Positions 57,597 to 64,000 of a stretch of 64,000 bases of DNA are shown piece after piece. Numbering within the stretch: the first letter of the stretch is position 1; the number at the start of each line of letters is the position of its first letter. The notes beneath the pieces are model-generated. The model was not told the DNA's origin. It saw only the letters and a list, made by a program, of their open reading frames with translations, and did not search any database. The translations under genes and the position numbers were made by a program. Source of the stretch: a virus; the IMG/VR virus record IMGVR_UViG_3300021181_000006, positions 1 to 64,000 of that record; one strand, given 5' to 3'.

Positions 57597-57799
57597 ATTC
57601 CCAGCACCAAGTCTGACATGCGAGTCAGCTTGATGTGGCCGTCCCACCAGAGGCCACTGTCCTAGCAAACCTGGTTCAATCTATAGGGTTTAATACCTAT
57701 GATGGACTATTGTCGATATCTAAGAAGCCACGGTTTTGTGGTAACATATTCTTACGGTATTTGATTATTTATTGTCCATTTCTATTTTAGGACACGACT

Positions 57800-58552
57800 A
57801 TGAAGCGAATGTTTACAAGTGATTCTGAATCAGATCATATTAATGCTCTGATCTACGGAGAGGCCGGAACAGGCAAAACCCGTAGCGCTATTACTCTGCC
57901 TGGTAAGACCGTTATTATATCTGCCGAATCTGGATTGAAGACCTTACGTGGTTATGAAATCGAAGTTTGGAAGGTAGAGTCTTGGGTCGATTTTGATACT
58001 GCTATCAACACTCTCATTGAAGGCAAAGGGACCGAGGAATATGCTTACGACAATGTCTTTGTCGATTCACTGACTGAAGTGACGAAGATATGTGGTGATT
58101 ATATTCTGAATGAGCGTAAAGATATTTACGCTGCTCGTAAGACGAATACTAAGACCATGTTTCACGATCAGCGCTCAATCGAAGATTGGGGTGTGATCAA
58201 GGGACGCATGGATCGTATGTGTCGTGCATTCCGAGATCTTCCTTATAATGTGTTCTTCACTGCGTTAAAGCATGATATCAAAGATGAAAAGACTGGTATA
58301 ACCAAATCAGTTCCTCTCGTATCACCTGGTTCTCTTGCTGAAGACCTTCCTGGTATTTTTGATCATGTCATCTTGGCAAAAGCTGATATGGATCCATCAA
58401 CCAAGAAACCAGTCTTCTGGTGGGAACATGCTCAGACTGAAAAACAGATGGGCAAAGATCGCTCTAATAACTTAGAGTGGAAGACTGAGCCAAACTGGCA
58501 ATTAATATTTGATGCGTATAAATTAAAAGTAACTCCTAAGGAGAAAAAATAA
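57800..58552 (+). CDS. AAA_24/Sak4-like ATPase
   Basis: LIYGEAGTGKT Walker A; VFVDSLTE Walker B; FTAL..D. Confidence 0.85.
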   Translation: MKRMFTSDSESDHINALIYGEAGTGKTRSAITLPGKTVIISAESGLKTLRGYEIEVWKVESWVDFDTAINTLIEGKGTEEYAYDNVFVDSLTEVTKICGDYILNERKDIYAARKTNTKTMFHDQRSIEDWGVIKGRMDRMCRAFRDLPYNVFFTALKHDIKDEKTGITKSVPLVSPGSLAEDLPGIFDHVILAKADMDPSTKKPVFWWEHAQTEKQMGKDRSNNLEWKTEPNWQLIFDAYKLKVTPKEKK

Positions 58553-59115
58553 TGCCTCTTAATCTCGAAGGCGTGGAACCTATCGCTAATGAAGGTTTCC
58601 AGCCGATCCCTGATGGTGTGTATGCATTTCGTATCACTAAGGCATCTGAACAAGATGCCGTTGGTGAGAAGAATGGCCAACACAAATTCCAGCTGACTGT
58701 TCAGCATGGACCTTATGAGCGTAGAATCGTATTCTGCGATTTTGCTCTCACTGAGAAGATGGCTGGATATATCCGCCATTTCTATAATATCATTGGAGCA
58801 ACTAGCTTCAAAGAACTTAATCCATTGGATTATATCGGCAAGCCTCTTCGTGCAGAGGTCCATACCGATGAGTACAATGGTAAGAAGAACAACAAGGTTC
58901 GCCTTGGATGTTACTACCCATGGGATGGTAAGGAAGAGACAGCCGAAGGCGGATCTTCTGTAGCCTCCAAGACATCAGCAGCAAAAACTGAAGTGAAGGC
59001 AACGAAGTCTTCTCCTTTCAGTAATGCGGCGCCCAAGGCAGCAGCTGCCAAGAGTGCGGGGAAGCAGTCAACACTGTTACCACCGGCTGATGATGGGGGA
59101 GAACCACCGTTTTAG
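58552..59115 (+). CDS. DUF669-like single-stranded DNA-binding protein
   Basis: FQPIPDGVY...IGKPLRAEV..DEYNGKKNNKV; acidic ...EPPF tail. Confidence 0.75.
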   Translation: MPLNLEGVEPIANEGFQPIPDGVYAFRITKASEQDAVGEKNGQHKFQLTVQHGPYERRIVFCDFALTEKMAGYIRHFYNIIGATSFKELNPLDYIGKPLRAEVHTDEYNGKKNNKVRLGCYYPWDGKEETAEGGSSVASKTSAAKTEVKATKSSPFSNAAPKAAAAKSAGKQSTLLPPADDGGEPPF

Positions 59116-59118
59116 TAG

Positions 59119-59658
59119 ATGAACGAACTGGCACTCATACGAGTGAGTGCCAGTTTTTTAGGTAATAAAATGAAGTTAACTCAAATAGAACTGTTCGATC
59201 TCATCGAACTATGGAAGACAGGTACATGGTATGAACGCCTGGCTTACTATTTAATAAGTAAAAATAAGTTTAAATGTATTTATGACAGTGCTCCAGAAAA
59301 AAATGTGTATTTAGTGCGTATGTATATATTCGGAACTAGTAAAAGTGCGTTCTCACTCTGGCTACACTTCTTCCCTCGTGGCGATGAAGATAGAGCTTTA
59401 CATTCGCATCCATTCCCATTTTTATCATATGTTGTGGCTGGTTCCTACATAGAAGAACTCTTACGCGGATGGAAGATACGTAAAAAACATTCTGTGGTAT
59501 TTAGATCAACTGATCATCTTCATCGTGTACATACCAACTATGCATGGACACTCATTTTACGTGGGCCTAAAGTCAAAGACTGGGGATTCCTCGTTTGTGG
59601 TAAAATGATTCCATGGAGGAAGTTCTTAGGACTTCCAGAGACCGTAGAGGATATCTAA
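59119..59658 (+). CDS. Cupin-fold protein
   Basis: LHSHPF...VAGSYIEE...HLHRV...WTL..RG...WGF. Confidence 0.65.
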   Translation: MNELALIRVSASFLGNKMKLTQIELFDLIELWKTGTWYERLAYYLISKNKFKCIYDSAPEKNVYLVRMYIFGTSKSAFSLWLHFFPRGDEDRALHSHPFPFLSYVVAGSYIEELLRGWKIRKKHSVVFRSTDHLHRVHTNYAWTLILRGPKVKDWGFLVCGKMIPWRKFLGLPETVEDI

Positions 59659-60692
59659 TGCCTATCGATTTGTCATATCTCGATGCAAAACCGCCAGTTG
59701 AAGTCGTTACCGAAGGTAATCTCACCAAGATACTCTTAACGAATTCAAACATGTCGATGTTCCAGGAGTGCCATTGGAAGTATTGGGTCAGACAGCTGAA
59801 ATACTTAGTGCCTCTTAAGAAGGGTGCTGCGCTCAATTTTGGATCTGCCTACCATGATGGCATTGAACATTATTATAAAGGTCTACAGGCAAAAGCATTG
59901 CCGATGAACGTCTTAGATGACGATGTATTAGCCGATACTCAGCAATTTATTGATCTTGGGCTCGCTACTGGCAAGTTTGAGGAAGATGATGCTATCCCCA
60001 CCAAAGTGAAAGCAATGGTAAAGGGGTTCATTCGTTACTTCAGAGGGTCAGTGTATCGTATCGATGAGTTAGAGACTCCTTTTCTCGTAAAGATGGATGA
60101 AGCTCCTGACTTTGAGATTGATGGTCATCGGTATGAGTTTTGGCTCTCAGGCCAGATGGATGCACTCATGCATCATACTGGTACGAATTTACCATATATT
60201 GGTGAATGGAAGACCTGCACTCAATTCGCTGACTTTATTTCAAAGGCGAAGGTCGATAATCAGCCGTGGCATTATATGCTATGTCGTTATCTGGTGACTG
60301 GTAAAAATCCTAATGGAGTAATATATCGCATTGCCCGTAAGACATTGATTCGTCAGAAGAAAGATGAAACTGCTGGTGATTATTATTCTCGTATTGTGGA
60401 ACAGTACAGCACTTTAGAGAAAGACCATTACCATGAAGAGATTATTTATTGGGAACCTCGTCGTATAGATCGTCATATTGAGTATCTCAATATGATGGCA
60501 CTTGAGATTAGGAATGCATTCGTTCAGGAATTATGGCATAGGAATAAAGGATCATGCTTTAAATACAATAATGCATGTTCCTATATGTCTCTCTGTAATA
60601 CCTATAGCGCTGGAGACTTCCAGGCACTTGCTGATATTAATTTCGCTGTTGAGAAACCAAACAGTGAGATTGTGGAACCAGTAGATGAATGA
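59658..60692 (+). CDS. Cas4-like PD-(D/E)XK exonuclease
   Basis: SMFQECHWKY...GSAYH...SGQMD...GEWKT...QPWHY...CFKYNNACSYMSLC. Confidence 0.85.
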   Translation: MPIDLSYLDAKPPVEVVTEGNLTKILLTNSNMSMFQECHWKYWVRQLKYLVPLKKGAALNFGSAYHDGIEHYYKGLQAKALPMNVLDDDVLADTQQFIDLGLATGKFEEDDAIPTKVKAMVKGFIRYFRGSVYRIDELETPFLVKMDEAPDFEIDGHRYEFWLSGQMDALMHHTGTNLPYIGEWKTCTQFADFISKAKVDNQPWHYMLCRYLVTGKNPNGVIYRIARKTLIRQKKDETAGDYYSRIVEQYSTLEKDHYHEEIIYWEPRRIDRHIEYLNMMALEIRNAFVQELWHRNKGSCFKYNNACSYMSLCNTYSAGDFQALADINFAVEKPNSEIVEPVDE

Positions 60693-60933
60693 TCTCCGTA
60701 AACTCCCACAGGCTTCAGATTTGAAACATCAGATTCACTATATCTACGATATGCATAAATTAAATCGGTGGGAGTGGGGAGAAACTATGATGGGCCATTC
60801 ATCAAGTGTTGTGACATTAAGAAATAAGTATATTTATATCACGCTAGACGGCGTAAAAGCTGCTCTATACATGCCATTCTGGCACGCTTATTTACTATTT
60901 GTAAAGAATAAACTAAGAATACCATTGGAGTAA
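60685..60933 (+). CDS. Small hypothetical protein
   Basis: 82 aa, coupled. Confidence 0.5.
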   Translation: MNDLRKLPQASDLKHQIHYIYDMHKLNRWEWGETMMGHSSSVVTLRNKYIYITLDGVKAALYMPFWHAYLLFVKNKLRIPLE

Positions 60934-60935
60934 TT

Positions 60936-63900
60936 ATGGACTTTCAAGAGCTATTTCGTCAGATTCCTGATACATCTCGTTTTATCGAACAATTGTTAGG
61001 TGAAGCAGGATGTGGTCAGATCAAGCATAAGGGCGATGAAATATCTGCGACGTGTCCCAGTGGTACGCATGCAGATCAGCACCCAAGCTTTAGTGTGAAT
61101 GTACGAGAACCAAACTCGTTATTTAATTGCTTTGCATGCGATTTTACCGGTAATCTTATTACTCTGGTGCAGCATATTCGTCATTGTGATGGTAAGACAG
61201 CCGTATCGCTTATCTGTAAAGAGTTCGATATCGTTGATGATACCAACCGTCATGGCGTCGCTAAGCCAGTCCAGACCATTCGACAAGATGAAGTCGATAT
61301 GTTTTATCGTACTCTTCGTTCATCAAAGTGCGCACATATCAGAAAGCGTATTGAAGAGGAATGGGGTATCGAAGACCAGAATGTTCTTGATGATCTTGAG
61401 ATCGGCTACAGTGATAAGAGAGAACGTCTCTCTATTCCTGTACGCGATGCTGATAGCGCAATCAAGAACATCCGATTCTATAGTTTCGATAACAAAGACG
61501 CTAAGATGATTAGCTATTTCACTGGCAGTGGTGAGAATAGATTATTTCCTTACAAGAATCTGACGCATGAGGAAATCTGGCTCTGCGAAGGTGAGAAAGA
61601 CGCTATTGTAGGTATCTCTCATGGCCTGAACTGTGTGACTATGACCGCTGGGGCCATGTCATGGAATCCAAGCTTTAACGAGTTATTTACTAAGAAAATA
61701 GTCAATATTGTATTCGATGTAGACCGTGCTGGCCAAGAAGGTGCTACGATTATTCTCAACGAACTGAAAGAGTTCGCTGCTGAAGTGCGTATTATTAGCT
61801 TGCCAGTCACTAAGCCTAAGAAGGACTTGACTGACTTCTTTGTGTATTCTGGTGGTTCTTCGGAACAGCTGAAGAAGCTCCGAGACACCACCCCTATTCA
61901 TACGACAGAAACTCAAGAGACACCTGTTGAGATTGATTCATCGAAGATCACGAAGGTGAGCTTAGCGGCATCATCAAATGCTGAGTATTTCCATCAAATG
62001 CTTGAAACCAAAGCAGTAGTTATTGGTAAGTTAGAGTCACCATATCAAGCCTCTAAGGAAGTCAGTTGTAAATGCCAGATGACTACGGCCATTCCAGCAT
62101 GTAAAAACTGTCCACTCAAGAGTCCTGGTGGATCATACCAATATACCTTTGATACTAAGCATCCAGACATGCTGAACTTTGTAGACTCGAATGAGGTATC
62201 GAGACATCGATTTATTCGAAATAAGATTAAATATCCAGAGAAGTGTCGTGTCGATATCGAGGATGTCTCAATCCAGAACATCGTTGAACTGTTTCTTGCC
62301 CCAGATATCGATACAATGACCGCATCTGCAGATAATCAGAAGTTTTCGAATGCTAAGCGTACTGGATATCTCATTGGTGATGATATTGAAGCGAATCAGT
62401 CCTATGTGATTCGTGGATATGCAACACCTATGCCGAGCAATGGTTCATCAGTATTCGTCATCTTGGAGCATGAACCTATCCAAGATGATATTAATGCATT
62501 CCGTATGTCATCCACCATCATGAAAGATTTATCGATCTTTCAGGCTGATGGCGATGAGAATAATCTTCAGGCTATCTCAAATAAGCTCAATGATATCTAC
62601 GCAGACTTTTCTGACAATGTCACTCATATGATTGGCAGACAAGAAATGCATTTCGCGGCTGATCTCTGCTACCATAGTGCGATTAACTTCTCGCTCAGTG
62701 GTATATCTCTGAAAAAGGGATGGGTAGAGATTATGATGCTTGGCGATACCCGCACCGGTAAAAATGATGTAGTAGAGGGATTAAGAAATCACTACCGTGC
62801 TGGTGAGATGGTCAACGCTGAGAACTGCTCACAAGCTGGTCTTATCGGTGGTCTGGCAACCGCTGGTAATGGTCGTCAGTTCGTGAACTGGGGACGACTT
62901 CCTGTGAATGATCGACGCTTATTAGTGCTTGATGAAGCTTCAGGTATGAGTGTCGATGTGATTTCAAAGTTGTCTCGTGTTCGTTCTGCTGGTATTGCTG
63001 AAGTGACCAAGATCAATGGTAATCAGTCTGCTATGGCACGCACACGCATGATCTGGATGGCTAATCCCAAAGATGGGAGAGTTCTGAAGGATCGTGAGTT
63101 CCCAGTAGAAGCGATTATGGGTATCATGGGTGCGACTGAAGACGTAGCTCGATTTGAGTTCGTCTGCTTTATCTCTCAAGATGATATCCCTAAGAATATC
63201 AATGTACTCTCCAAGAGACAGCGTGTACCACATAAGTATGTGAGCGAAAAATGCTCAAAACTTGTGTATTGGGCATGGTCACGTCAGCCAGAGCAGATTG
63301 AGTTTACTGATGCTGCTGAAAAGATGATTTATAAGGTAGCTGCTGATCTGACCAATCGATACGTAGAAGACGTACCGCTCATTCAGAAAGCAAACTTCCG
63401 TATTAAGTTAGCGCGTATGTCAGTAGCATTAGCTGCTCGTCTATTTAGCACTGATGCCAGCGGTGAAAAGCTCATTGTGCAAGCTCGTCATGTAGCCTAC
63501 GTTGCAGACTTTATTAATATCCATTATTCCAGTGAGGCATGTCAGTATGGTGCCTTCTCGAAACAGAAACGTGATGAGAGACAGATTAATAATGAGCAGG
63601 AGTTAAAGGATTTCTTCAATAAGCTTGAAGAGTTTGGACTACTAGAACGTTTCTGTGCTCAAATGCAGAATAGTAATGCGACAGCTTTTACTGCTGAACA
63701 GATTGGCGGTTTAACTGGAGCTGCTGATGGTAAATTTAATAAGACTGATAAACAGATTGTAGCATTCTTAGTCAGCTGTAATGCTTTAGAATCCTACTAT
63801 GGTAAATATAAGAAAACGAATGTATTTGTGTCATGGGTCAAGAAGAATGGTCCAAAGAAAGTTGGATTCAGTGCTTCAAGCCTCATGGCGAACTTAACAG

Positions 63901-63971
63901 AAGCAGAGCCTCTTACTGATGAAGAAATCAGAGCAGCAGAAGGAAAAGATGAAGATCTACGAAATAGATAA
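60936..63971 (+). CDS. DnaG-type primase (CHC2 + TOPRIM) fused to MCM-like AAA+ helicase
   Basis: CPSGTH...CFAC; LCEGEKDA...FDVD; GDTRTGK Walker A, GLIGG, VLDEA Walker B, MANP, ARFE arginine finger. Confidence 0.88.
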   Translation: MDFQELFRQIPDTSRFIEQLLGEAGCGQIKHKGDEISATCPSGTHADQHPSFSVNVREPNSLFNCFACDFTGNLITLVQHIRHCDGKTAVSLICKEFDIVDDTNRHGVAKPVQTIRQDEVDMFYRTLRSSKCAHIRKRIEEEWGIEDQNVLDDLEIGYSDKRERLSIPVRDADSAIKNIRFYSFDNKDAKMISYFTGSGENRLFPYKNLTHEEIWLCEGEKDAIVGISHGLNCVTMTAGAMSWNPSFNELFTKKIVNIVFDVDRAGQEGATIILNELKEFAAEVRIISLPVTKPKKDLTDFFVYSGGSSEQLKKLRDTTPIHTTETQETPVEIDSSKITKVSLAASSNAEYFHQMLETKAVVIGKLESPYQASKEVSCKCQMTTAIPACKNCPLKSPGGSYQYTFDTKHPDMLNFVDSNEVSRHRFIRNKIKYPEKCRVDIEDVSIQNIVELFLAPDIDTMTASADNQKFSNAKRTGYLIGDDIEANQSYVIRGYATPMPSNGSSVFVILEHEPIQDDINAFRMSSTIMKDLSIFQADGDENNLQAISNKLNDIYADFSDNVTHMIGRQEMHFAADLCYHSAINFSLSGISLKKGWVEIMMLGDTRTGKNDVVEGLRNHYRAGEMVNAENCSQAGLIGGLATAGNGRQFVNWGRLPVNDRRLLVLDEASGMSVDVISKLSRVRSAGIAEVTKINGNQSAMARTRMIWMANPKDGRVLKDREFPVEAIMGIMGATEDVARFEFVCFISQDDIPKNINVLSKRQRVPHKYVSEKCSKLVYWAWSRQPEQIEFTDAAEKMIYKVAADLTNRYVEDVPLIQKANFRIKLARMSVALAARLFSTDASGEKLIVQARHVAYVADFINIHYSSEACQYGAFSKQKRDERQINNEQELKDFFNKLEEFGLLERFCAQMQNSNATAFTAEQIGGLTGAADGKFNKTDKQIVAFLVSCNALESYYGKYKKTNVFVSWVKKNGPKKVGFSASSLMANLTEAEPLTDEEIRAAEGKDEDLRNR

Positions 63972-64000
63972 TTTCACGTTTTGTTGGTACAATGACACTA

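Noticed and set aside
59658-60692. CRISPR-Cas system (Cas4-like gene)
   Set aside because: No repeat-spacer array or other cas genes; standard phage AAA_24-SSB-exonuclease context
1-64000. Stop-codon reassignment, DGR, integrase, rRNA
   Set aside because: Genes are long and intact in code 11; no reverse transcriptase, TR/VR pair, recombinase or rRNA recognised

Overview
The window is about 64 kb of a tailed (myovirus-like) bacteriophage genome in standard genetic code. It is not a complete genome: terminase, major capsid, protease, sheath/tube, lysin and DNA polymerase are not recognisable here. Layout: (1) a non-coding AT-rich control region (1-700) with a Fur-like box; (2) a dense + strand RNA cluster (about 1390-3290) with an unknown pseudoknotted RNA, a complete tmRNA, a type I hammerhead ribozyme, and a large structured RNA that appears to loop out a small HNH gene; (3) a MuF/gp7-like head gene whose 320-aa intein carries a complete HTH + Vsr/DUF559-like endonuclease gene on the opposite strand, with its own promoter, palindromic operator and RBS; (4) a long - strand late module (holin, tail fibres, GT2 glycosyltransferase, portal, KxAS-motif head proteins, a LigD-phosphoesterase/DNA ligase fusion, baseplate genes with an embedded sigma factor, tape measure, -1 frameshifted tail chaperones) interrupted by + strand islands and homing endonucleases; (5) a + strand replication module (AAA_24 ATPase, DUF669-like SSB, Cas4-like exonuclease, primase-MCM helicase fusion). 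Protein family calls come from motif recognition by eye; no database searches were run.
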